This document shows positions 52,601 to 64,000 of a DNA stretch of 64,000 nucleotides, in pieces (within the stretch, counting starts at the first letter, position 1; each line of letters begins with the position of its first letter). The stretch is from Auanema rhodensis. Taxonomy: Eukaryota > Animalia > Nematoda. The stretch is taken from the NCBI GenBank assembly GCA_964057225.1, contig OZ059894.1, forward strand, positions 15,190,001-15,254,000. Reading direction: 5' to 3'. The notes beneath the pieces were generated by a model. The model did not search any database. It was not told the origin of the DNA and saw only the letters and a list, made by a program, of their open reading frames with translations. The position numbers and the translations under genes are program-made.

Positions 52601-55600
52601 TGGACATAACAGATTAAGTAGCTTAAATGACCAATACAACGTGGGCGTTATATAGACTATTGTTATCAAATCTTATATGAATTGATTAGAACTTTCGAGT
52701 TTTTCTTATCTCATTATGTCCTTCAAACGAAAATGATAATGAAAGTTTAAATGACTATGAAGCTTTCGGATTTTTGCAGGAGCTGTTGCAAGTTTAATAT
52801 AAACTAATAATGACTTACCATTTCATATAGAATAGTAGGAGTAGACTTCATGTTAACTAGTGAAACTTCAATAGTTGAAATAGATAAGTCTAGATGAAAA
52901 TTCGTTTTAAGTCAGCTAATTTAATACTTTGAGTGAACGCTGTACTCTAGCTCGGACCAAGTTTTACTTCGCCCACGGGGAGAATGTAAGAAGAGACAGT
53001 TGGTGACATTTGGCTTGTACATTTGAAATCTGTGGAAAATTTTCAAATTTTGCTGTACAAGATAAAGAGATAAAAGAGGAATTTGAAAAAAATGGAAGGA
53101 AAGAGATGAATTTGGTGATATAATTTGGGAATGTATTAAAAGAAATGAAGTGCTCACTGTACTATTTTCTGTTTTTTACAGAAAATGTAAAACGCGAAAC
53201 TTAAAAGAAAATTTTCAACAGCGTTCCAAGAAAGTCTTGAAAATGTGCTTGAGGTGATATGAAGCATAGATAAGATAGCGACAGTCGACTGATTATTTTG
53301 TGAGATAGAAAAGCTATTTTACACGACATGGTGCCAGATCACGCCAAAAAGTACAGAGAAAAAGAGGAAGAAGGAGAGAGAGAGAGGGGGATAGACAGAG
53401 TGAATAAGGTAGAAAACTAACCTGATAGATCAATTCTCTCCTTTATTTTTTATTTTTTGAGTCAATGTTTATTTGAGAATAAGATTATGATCTTAAGTGT
53501 TCATGAAATTGCAACAAGCTGCAGAAGTACTAACTATTCGAAGGGAAAAATATTTCTAGTTCTATGTATTAATCAATAATTTTCAAAAGTTCTCAAACTA
53601 TTCGATGGCAAATTAAATAAGAAATAGTCTATCATTTGAAGAAACAATGTGAAAAATTGAAATTAAACTAATCTACAGGCAGTAAAAGTGTTAAAATAGA
53701 AATATATTAGATACGAAACGGTCCAGCAGATTAAAAATTATCATCAAAAACTGATAAGATTGATATGATTTAATTCCAAGAATTTATGGAAAAAGAACAT
53801 TTCCGGTGCACTATTTTCGTTATTTCAAATACAATAACATATAAAATGTTGAGGGAAAAAAAGAATAAGAAGGAAATTGAATTTGTTGCAAAAAATGAAG
53901 ACAAACGAATACAGTATTTGAAAATTTCCACGTGAACTCATATGCGTACCTTACGGCCTTCCATTCACAGTTCAATCTTTCGAGAACATTTTCTCGGTTC
54001 AATGCAAATTACAAAATATTGTGAGGTATATAATTCTTGTTCTGAAATTATGTGCAACTGCACGAGCTCTGAAAAAAAATTGGAGAGAAAAGCTCGTAAA
54101 CAGTGTTGAACAACAACTTCTAGAGATTCAAGCGGTTTTCATAGGAGGATAGGAATATATTTTGAAGAAAATAGATTTTTATTTCGGTAAGGCCAGCAAA
54201 ATTCGATTTAGATTTAACTTTGATATTAGTGTTGTTAGCATGACGATCTTTCAACTTTCGGAATAATAATCTTCAACCTTCATTCAATCATGAACTTAAC
54301 ATCAAATATGGTAAGTATTGAATTGTCAATATATATCAATGTGATTGACATTATTAAAAGGTAGTTAGATATACATCTTCGTGTTGTACATCATGAGCGA
54401 AATATTATCTTTGAAATCTTCCAAGTTTTTATCATTTTAATCAAGAACTTTCAAATTTATTGCATGATGACGTTGTATGGACATCGTTCACTTTCATCTA
54501 GACGCCAAGTTTAAGTAGAACATCTCTACACACATTCTATTCTTACACATAATTTCTCCAATTATGTTTGATAAATCATATAAATCATATAAAATATTAA
54601 TTTAAATTTATATATAAATGAAATAAAAAATTATTTTTTATTCATTTAATTCGATCAATAATATTCTATAAGCATTTATAAATATTTTTTTAATTTAATG
54701 ATAGTAAAAACGTAATTTGGGAAATAACACCTAATAAGCATCGAGTATCATCAACATTGAACATGTCTTCAAGGGCATGTATCATTAAAGCTTAAAACTA
54801 GAACGGTTGTAATTAAGAAAAAAATGACGAATATTCTATAAAATTATTTATATTTTCTGAAATTAAACATGAAGTGTTGAAAAAAATAAAAAAATATAAT
54901 CAAATATTCTTCACAAAAAATAATTTATTGCAAAATGTACGTTAAAAATGAAATTCGTTTGGATTACGGTGCACATATTTTTTGTTGGAAAAACTCAAAA
55001 CAAAAACATGGATGAGAAAGAATGAAGAAGAAAAAAAAGATTTTCGTTTTGTCCTCTTCTATGAAATGAAGAAATGAGGGAAAAATCTGCAAACAAAGAC
55101 AAAAGTTGACAAAGTGTTTTCAGTTGATTTATATCTTCTATATGGATGTATGTATGCAATTAAAAGTTTCCATTCATGTTACATCGATTATTATAATAGT
55201 TTATAATTAAATTAAATAGAAAAAAAAACTTTTTTCTAAATATCTATCTTATTATAAGATCATACTATTAAACGGAAGATGTTTCATTCATGTATTTTTC
55301 ATCTAAAAACTTGAATTTAATCCTTGGAGTTTGTAGTAATAAGCTTGCTATTGATTATGACAATTACTTTAAAAGGACATGCCAATCATCTGTTGATATG
55401 TTTATGAGCTTTATGGGTTGAAGCTAATGTAAAGCTGATACCTGGATGGCCTTGACAGGTGGGCGATAGGGTTATCAGCTGCTTTTAAACTTAAAGTTGG
55501 ATAACCTGTTTCGGACTTGAGACTTCAACTCGTCGTACGAGTGATGTTGTGACAAGAAGAGGATTTGAACAGGGGATTACACAACATTTTCATCTGCTGA

Positions 55601-56151
55601 ACCGCCTTCCTTGGGCAGTACAGTCGATGTCGTTCATATATCGTCAGTTTAGTTGTATCCACTACTTCAAGCTGGTGGCAGGTTCTCTGCCAATCTTTGT
55701 TGTGTTGATTCTGAACTATATATATGATTGCCCTGTCCAATTCATAGAAACATATTTCAGTTTCAGTATAACTTTCAAAAATATTTTTCTATTACATAAC
55801 GTTTATTACTTAATTTGAAATCAAAAGCTTTTTCTGTTTTTGTTCTTTTATTTTATTTCTTGAGGTCACACCAAGAATCTATGAGAAATTGTAATTAATC
55901 TTTTCCTCATACACTAGAAAGAGGCAATCTCGCTATCTCTTTGTATGAAAAAAAACATTTTAGTATTCATCACTGTTCACGTTTTCATTCGGTCACACCT
56001 GCCCTCATATACATCTGATGATGTACGCAGCATGGTGTCGATTCAATTCTATATAAGCTTACTTCGTTAGATTTAAGCTCTATAGTTGTGTTCTTGATAT
56101 TTCTATCTATTATTTCTCGATTTAATACATTTTTTCTCATTTTTTTATAGA

Positions 56152-57745
56152 ATGATCAAGCAAATCTTTGTTCTTGGATTAACTGTATCACTTGCTTCCG
56201 CATGTTGTCTTCCACCTATTCCAACATGCTGTGGAGGCGGATTCTCAACTGTTTCTTGGGCTTATGCACCACCACGAGTTGTTGGATATCATAGAGTAAG
56301 ACTAGAATAATTTATTTTTAAGATTCAGCATTTTCTCTTCAGATTCCCATTTATATGAAAGTAGCAGTTCCAGCTCCCCCACCACCATCATAGTAAGTTT
56401 ATCTTCAACTAATCTGTCCTTTAAATAGTAGTCGTTGATTTATTTGAAAAAAGTAAAGCTTATTCTAACATTTGTCCGAATATTCAGCGCTGTTGCTCCA
56501 GTACCTCCACCACCGCCACCAGCATTGTATGTTACCAACTCAAAAAAGCTTTTTAGGTTTAAAAAATTAATTTTAGTGCCCCACCGCCTCCACCACCAAT
56601 GCCAATGCCTATGTTCGTGCTTTAATATAACAAATGCGTTCTTTAAAATATGCTTAAAAACTAATTTTAGGATAGCACAGGTACCTCAATCTAGCTATCA
56701 AGCCCCACCTCCCACACAAGTGTAAGTCTATAGAATTCAATCTATAGAATTAGTACTTAGATAGTTCTTAGAAGATTACTGGGATATATAACATATTTTT
56801 GTTTTATTAGATAGTTTCTGCAAAAATAGGAAACAAATAGAAAAATCCTTATAGAATATCTGTTCCACAACTTGCTCCTCCACCAGTTTCTATGTATCCT
56901 CAACCAATGCCTCAACCGATTCCTCAACCAATGCCTCCACCAATGCTTCAACCAATCCCTCAACCAATGCCTCCACCAATGCTTCAACCTATACCTCAAC
57001 CAATGCCGCAACCCCAAGCTATGTAAGTAGTATCGTAGACGAGAAAAGAGTTAATAGAAAATTAATTAATTAACCCCATATTAATTAATGCTTTATTCTT
57101 TATAATATATCTAATATGCTTAATATAGTGTTGTGCAAAATCAAGTCCCTGTACAACCTGAACCATATATGACGAAGCCGACAATCGTTGTGTGAGTACA
57201 GGATCATGACCATAATTATGAGAATTTTAATAATTTTTTTCCAATACTAATACTTACATATATGCATATATACGTGTATATATGCTGATCAATCGGTTCA
57301 TTTGTGAAACAAACTCGTTTAGTGCTCAAGCACCAGTTCAAGAACAGATAATCTCAGCTCCAGTTAATGGATATCAGCAAGGACCTCAACAAACTACAAT
57401 TATTCAAGAACAACCATCACCTGTTTATCAACCACAAGCTCAGGTTTTTATTTTATGAATTATAACAAATCTTTTCTTTTCCTCTTTAATTAGTTAGTTG
57501 TTTCATTTCTCTTTCGTTTTCCTTCTTTAGACTACATATGAAAAGCAAGTTGAGACACCCATTCAGATTGATTATAACCAAGGTGCTGCTGATATAGGAA
57601 ACGCCATTGAAATCCAGCAGGTAAAGCAGATACATCTACTGTTTGTTCTGGAATTTAAGTTTATAACTTTCAGATTGGAGCAAAGAAATCCGCATTGAGT
57701 AAAAATGTTCGCCGTGCTTATCTCAAACAAGTGAAACTTCAATAA
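56152..57745 (+). CDS. Secreted Pro/Gln-rich protein with N-terminal Cys cluster (cuticle/ECM-like)
   Basis: MIKQIFVLGLTVSLASA-CCLPPIPTCCGGG; many micro-exons with poly-Pro and PQPM repeats; basic C-terminus RRAYLKQVKLQ*. Confidence 0.75.
56898..57017 (+). repeat. Coding 12-nt (36-nt higher-order) tandem repeat encoding PQPM/PQPI/PPPM
   Basis: CCTCAACCAATG-type units, about 10 copies. Confidence 0.85.
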
Positions 57746-58517
57746 GCTTAGATTTCAAGCATAAATTCTAAGAAAACAGTTAATGTATGTACATTATTGC
57801 TTTTGTATATATATATATATATATATATGGATATGTATATGTGTGTTTGTTGTATAACCATTCTTATCAAAAAATAAAAAAATTATTTCTTATAGCACAG
57901 CAGTCCTTATCATATCTGCTTATCATTTGAATTCTAATTCATCCTTAGCAGTGAAAATTAAAATTCTCATCTTTAATTTTTTTCGAAACTGTTTCTCGCA
58001 ATTCAATTTAAATGCCGAAACTTACTTATACTTTCCCACGTCTCGAAACTTTTTTTCAAAATAGCAATCCGGTGTGTTCCCCTTGTCTACGTATCGACAG
58101 TACAATTTGGTAAATTCTTTTCTATTCTTATATAGTTATATATTATTTCATGTAATGACAGTTAATATATTATTAAGGTATTTGAGCTGCCACAGAGAAG
58201 AGAATCAGTTTTACAGCAATGTGAACAAACATAACTTAGTTATTTCACTTCACGGATCTCCTGTTGGAAATTTTCCTCCACAAGCTTCCTGGTTCATTTG
58301 CGCACATGTTAACATAAAAATCGGACTATTACCAGCCACAGTAACATCTTAAATCAATCATATTTCTTGTTTTTTGTTAAATATTGAACTATTAAGTTAT
58401 ATTTCATTATTTATATTATTTTTTCTTTTCTAGACCGGACTTGTAGAAATACGTTCTACAGACAAGAGCCCTTGGAAACTATTTTCTGACAATATAATAA
58501 ATACTAAAAAACTCTGT

Positions 58518-61500
58518 ATGAGTAATAGGCTACCCGTGGACGTTGATATTCACCTGTCATCACATGCTGGATGGAGAAAGTCAGTATTAGAAATTTTTGA
58601 ATGTTTTCTTTAACAGTTTATTCTATTTCAGCCCTGAGCCCGTGTTTATTTCTGGTCCTATAAACAGCCCTGTCGTAATTCCACTACAAAGATATCAACA
58701 CAATATAGAATCTGAGCAAAAAAAGCAGAAAGAGCATCACCGAAGCCAGGTTGATTTGCGTTCACCTATGAACAGCCCTGTCGTAATTCCACAACAACAA
58801 TATCAACACAAAATAGAATCTGAACAAAAAAAGCAGAAAGAGCATCACCGAAGCCAGGTTGATTTGCAATTACTGGATCCTAGTCCCCCAGTTGCATTAG
58901 TTGCGGAACCGCCTAAACTTTCTGTGAAAACATCACCGCAGATTCTCAAAGAAGTAAGTAGTTCAACACATGTCCTTAATTATCAAAAAATATTTTACAT
59001 TTTAGAGAACTGGTCAATTGAATTTTAAAATTCTAAACGTTTCTTCTACTTTTTCTTCTGAAAAAAATAAAACTCTTCGTTCTGAGATATATAAAATTGG
59101 TCCAGGGTTATGGTAACAATTCTATAATTATAATATTCTGAATCTAATATTGAACACTTATAGGAATATTAAAGCTGCTTCTAAACTTGGCTTTTTTTAT
59201 TTGACTGTAGAAACTTGTCTATTCGGTGATATCCCTGATAACCAAAATTGGGAATATATTGCTAATCTTACTTGTAGTTTCAAATCCAATCAATCAGCTA
59301 ACACTGAATTGGCAAGTTGTTGAAATGAAGAAATTATTATACTTTTGAATATTTTTAGATTTGCAAAAATATTACTGGTCGAGCTGAATCTGAAATTCTA
59401 CGTATTCCAATTGAAGGTCTATCAGAATATTGTATAAAAGATTGTTTAAACATAGAAATCAATTTAAACATTGTGAAGGCTGAAGGTTTCAAGTTAGTTT
59501 TATTATATATTATATTTTACATTATGGGATAATTCTTATATCTGTGAATCGGCAAGACTGTCATTTATCTTACCCGAACAATTATTTGTTTCATTTTCTA
59601 GTGGAGTAAAGAGTTGACTACTATTAACTTCTGTGAAGCTCAACTACAGTATATTCGTTCAGACCATACCATTGTAGATTATAACAATTTTCTACGAGAA
59701 GTGTGTGTCTGGCGTCTTCTAGAAGAACCCATAGTTACTGGCCCTGGATGTACTGTAGAAGTTGATGAGATGAGCTTGGAAAAGGAAATACAACGTATGA
59801 GTCCTGAAGAAAAAAATTTCGGTCTTCGGTGGTGTATGCCGCAAAACCAAAAAATGTTTTATTTACGTTGTCCTTGATAGAACAAAGGAATTTTTCGAAA
59901 CTTCCAAAAAATATCCACCAGAGAGAGCTCAACTATTATTCAGGATGTTTCATGTTTGCGTAGTTGTAGTTGTCAGATATGATTTAGAAATATTTAAATT
60001 TCTTTGCTTAATCTTTTTACAATTTATGTAAATTGTCAAGTTAACGTAAATTTAGATGCTAATTTTACAGAATTAAAAAAAATAAAATTAAAAAATTAGA
60101 ATATTTGCCTAAAGGCACTTCTGTGTTTTTTTGGAACGAAATCGGAGTTCTCGTTTATGAGAATTTACCATACAGTAGAACCTTAGATGGAGAGCATTAT
60201 TCTGACCAACTCAGAAGGCTCAGTCTTAACATTGAAGCTCGAGAGAAGCTCAGAAACAGAAGTGTAGTGTTGTTGCATTACAACCCTTGCCCTCACTGCT
60301 GATCCACAACAGACGCTTCTGGAGCTTGGATGAACCGTTATAAAACATATAAAGTTTTTTTCAGGAAAGGAATAAGAGCTTGAAAGAGAGATAGGAGAAA
60401 GTAATCGAGAAGAAGGGAGAATACTAATAATAATAAATTTTTTTCTTTGAATAAATTTTTTTTGACTATTTTATGGGGTCGTGTGGTCGGGGGGGAGGTG
60501 GCAATGGTACCACTTAATATATTAATTTTAATTTTCATATCTATATTTATATTTTCAGTGTTAATCATTATTTCATCGAATATCCTGAATTCCAAGATGC
60601 TGATTTTATCTTACATATTGGTTCTAAAAAGTTTTATGTTCATAGTCAGGTATAATTAATATTTTTTTAAAACTTGAATTTTCAACATTTGTATTTTTTG
60701 AATATTATTATAATTTTAGTATAAGTAATTTAAGTATATATTTAAGATAATTGGAATGTCGTCTTTTACGCTACGAAACAATATGATTTCGAAGGAAAAA
60801 TTAAAAAATCAAAAAAATCAAAAATCTTTATTAGAATTAAATATAAACGCTGATGAAGATGTGATGAAAACAGCTATTTTAATCATGTATAATCAAGAAT
60901 TTGCATCTCGTATTCGAGGTAATATTGTTCTTTATTTAATATATAATACATTTTTTTTAGAAAATCAGGTAGATTTATACCTTCAGCTAGCAGAACGATA
61001 CAATATTTATATTTTGTATACTATCTGCTCTCGTATACTGATGAAACCGTTATGGTATAACAATCCAACAACAATCTCACTTATTTGGAAATATTCTTTA
61101 AAAGAGCTTAAAGTTCGTTTCTTTCCCTTTTTTTCAAATAAATTCTAAATTGAACTGAGAACAAATTCCATGTTCAATGTGAAATGATTTAAATTGGACA
61201 TTGTAAATTGAAGTAAAGCCCCTTTTGAACCTTTAGGCTTACTTTTCTTTCAAAAATAATATAAAAAATTAAATATAAATGCTAGTATTTCGCAGAGTAT
61301 CGAAATGGAACAGAAGAATTGCTGTATAAAGGGGGATGAATTATTGAAAACTGAAGTTTATCAATCATTAAATCCCAAACTCAAATTGGAGCTGATTGAG
61401 CATTTGAACAATATTATAAAGGATGCAGAAAAACCTCTAGAAAAATCAAAATATATTGAAGAGCATTTGAACAAGTTTTATAAGATCCCATCATTTTTAT

Positions 61501-61589
61501 TTGAATTAAAGATGGATGAATTAATTGCTGTATATACACATCAAAACAAGGCTCGCGAGTTAAGAAAGAAGGGTAAGGTTGAAAATTAA
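58518..61589 (+). CDS. MATH-BTB (bath/SPOP-like) Cul3 adaptor; start uncertain (frame open back to 58434)
   Basis: MATH: LRSEIYKIGPGLW.IKA...LGFFYL...NWEYIANL...YCIKDCLNIEINLNIVKAEGF. BTB: DADFILHIGSKKFYVHSQ|IIGMSS...DEDVMKTAILIMY...VDLYLQLAERYNI..L..IC...LIWKYSLKELK. Confidence 0.8.
58657..58868 (+). repeat. 108-bp in-frame tandem duplication (two copies)
   Basis: Units start at 58657 and 58765: PINSPVVIPLQRYQHNIESEQKKQKEHHRSQVDL vs PMNSPVVIPQQQYQHKIESEQKKQKEHHRSQVDL. Confidence 0.95.
59600..59905 (+). mobile_element. Merlin/ISXO2(IS1595)-type transposase fragment, frameshifted
   Basis: TIVDYNNFLREVC...GPGCTVEVDE, then a shifted frame KRKYN...VFGGVCRKTKKCFIYVVLDRTKE. Confidence 0.8.
60118..60335 (+). 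mobile_element. mariner transposase fragment, degenerate
   Basis: SVFFWNEIGVLVYENLPYSRTLDGEHYSDQLRRL...RNRSVVLLHYNPCPH resembles mariner VWWD..GV.YYELL...TI....Y..QL..L...VILLHDNARPH. Confidence 0.8.
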
Positions 61590-62066
61590 AATTGTAAAAA
61601 TGAATTGTACTATCTATGAAAAAAATTAAAAGAAAATTCTTTTTATTTATTTTGATCAGCATTATATATTTTATGTTTTATTTTCTTTATATTATTACTA
61701 TTAGTCTTTATTATGATTCAATGTTCTATTTCTTATTCTTCTTTTTTTTTTAAATTAAAATTTTATAATTTTAATATTATTATTGAATTTTGATATGATT
61801 TTATCTAATAATAAAAGGACAAATAAATCTTTTCAAATCTTATTGTTTTTTCTAATTATTTGTTTGTCCAAAAACTATAAAATTTGTAAGAACATATCGC
61901 AATAAATCTTAGATTACATCATATTCCGTAGGATATACCAAAGTTTTTGAATATATTCTTCAACGGAGCTATATTTCTTGCTTTCTGGTTCGTCTAATCA
62001 TATACTAATCTGTTTGAAGAGCAGATCCTACTGAAGGCGGGGCTTTATGCCATTCAACATCCAACT

Positions 62067-64000
62067 ATGGCCATGAGACCAGCGGTGAAGAGGTAAAAAT
62101 TTTTATTTGCAATATAAGCTAAAATCTTTATTATTTATTATATTTTATATATTATATATTATTTTTATTTTAAAATATTTATTTTTTCTCATTTATTTTC
62201 AAATATAACACATACTTCTGATAAAATACTCTTGATTATTGCTTCAAAAGTTGTGCAAAGTGATTTGTAGAATAACTTCTAAATCTTTTCAAACTTTTAA
62301 ATACGTCATAAACTTTTTATTTTGCATAAAACATTTATTTTTCAAAATATTCGTAATAAGTTCAAGAAAAGGTTTAATAGCTTAAAACATTATGTAAAAT
62401 TTATTGTTTTTTATTTATTTTTTAAAAGAAAAAAAGAACAAAATTATAAATGACAAATGAAAATCGTGTATATGTATATTACATCATACATTCTATTTTA
62501 ATCTCGTTGCTTTAATATCATAATCCAACTCAAGGATTTCCCCACGTAATGATCTACTTAAAAACAAAAAATTGAAAGTCAATCTGGAAAAAAAATCTTC
62601 TTTGATGTCTAAATATTTGTGAAAAATGTTTTTATTCACATTTATTTTAAAGCCATAAATGTTAGTAGAACACGTGGATTTTCTATCATATTTTACTATA
62701 AAATATATTTTTATTATTATTATAATAATCATATATTAAAAAACAATATATGTTGCATCAAAAGCATTAAATCAAACAACTTGAACAAAGATTAGTTTCA
62801 TCTCGTTTTTTCAGTATTCTGGCATGTATACAATCACGACCTCGTCTACTTCTATTATCCTGGTTTTTGGTCACTGTGCTTTTGTTTTCACTTGTTTTTG
62901 TCAGAGAATTCTTCAGAATTCATGAAAAAGAGGTGAATGTCTAGAACATTTTCAATGAACTATTTAAAAAAAATTATATTCATAAGCATAGTACAGCATA
63001 GTCAAAAAATCTTTAGATAGATTTATCAATTAATTTAAAAAATATTTATTTATTTTCAGAAATCAATCAATATTCTACGAATAATAAAACAAGGTTTGAT
63101 TAAAATATAATAAAATATATATTTAGTTATTTAAATTTATATATTTATAGATTGTTTTTCAACGTTATGTATACTGATTATTCCACTTATTTTCTATATT
63201 CTTAGATTATCTCTAACTGTATTCATTTCACTTGGATTATCATCCTTTCTTATGTGGTCATTATTACAATTATTTCAATTTATTCATTCATTTTCTACAT
63301 CATTTTCTATTATAATATCATTAAATATTTATATAACAATGGTTAATATTAATTGTTTAAAACATAGTTGGGATACAACAAGGTAAGATCACATATCTTA
63401 CTGTTCATCTTAATATTTTCTTTTAATCTTTTTCTCATTTCAGAAAAGGTCCATGTACAGCAACAATCACAAAATTACTTTATAGTAGTGTGGATAAAAG
63501 CATTTATCAAGTTATATGTTCATTTATGCTTTTTGCTTTTTTATCTTTACCAGTATTAATTTTTAAACCAATTCTTAATTCTTGGACAATTATTTCAATA
63601 CTTCTATCATTAATTATTCAAAATATTTGTGCTTTTACAACTACATTAGCTTTATTACTAATTCGTAATGAAGTAGTTTCTGTAAGAAATGTTTTATCTT
63701 TTCGTTTTAAAACATATTTTTTATATTTTCAGGCATTTCCTCAAGTTTCTTGGCCATCACTTCTAAAGAAATGTATTCATTCCATACATCGTATGATATA
63801 TTCAATATTACATATACTAAGAAGATGTATACATTGTATGTTTACATCAATTAGTAGAATATTTATAATTATACTATCTATATGTATAACTATATCATTT
63901 GGGTTTGACTTTTTTTTAAAACTTATAAGATTTGTTATTTATATTTTCAGTAGTATAATCATCATGCATACTATATCAGAAAAAGTATTTGAGAATATCT
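62067..64000 (+). CDS. 5' part of a multi-TM protein, Dispatched/Patched (sterol-sensing domain)-like; runs off window
   Basis: In-phase exons: MAMRPAVKS|ILACIQSRPRLLLLSWFLVTVLLFSLVFV...|...IKQDCFSTLCILIIPLIFYILRLSLTVFISLG...HSWDTTR|KGPCTATITKLLYSSVDKSIYQVICSFML...; the family call rests on TM spacing and weak motif recall. Confidence 0.55.

Noticed and set aside
56757-57017. Minus-strand WLRH/WWRH repeat ORF
   Set aside because: Antisense of the PQPM repeat exon
1-64000. CRISPR arrays, rRNA, SL RNA or snRNA genes
   Set aside because: No repeat-spacer arrays or recognisable matches were seen; the sequence is eukaryotic

Overview
AT-rich eukaryotic DNA with many ~40-50 nt GT-AG introns and TTTCAG acceptors, consistent with a rhabditid (clade V) nematode genome. 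Most ORF-track entries are spurious, so I spliced genes by hand. In order: the 3' end of a low-complexity gene whose long 3' region carries a cluster of let-7 seed sites; a divergent cyclophilin (-) with an inverted, head-to-head copy of its first exon; two tandem CPG4-domain genes; a short TRPM/CED-11-like channel (-); two tandem PiT phosphate transporters (-); an inversin/MLT-4-like ankyrin gene with an antisense intronic tRNA-Arg(ACG); swsn-1 followed by sld-5 (likely operon); a small Ly6/three-finger-like protein; a UPF0046/MPPED metallophosphoesterase (-); an orphan single-TM gene (-); a Pro-rich secreted protein; a MATH-BTB gene with Merlin and mariner fossils in one intron; and the 5' part of a Dispatched/Patched-like gene. 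The best leads are the let-7/GCCATCTGA module, the inverted cyclophilin exon, a TG splice acceptor in the TRP gene, an in-frame signal-peptide exon on the phosphoesterase, and three miRNA-like hairpins. All family calls come from motif recall; no database search was run.
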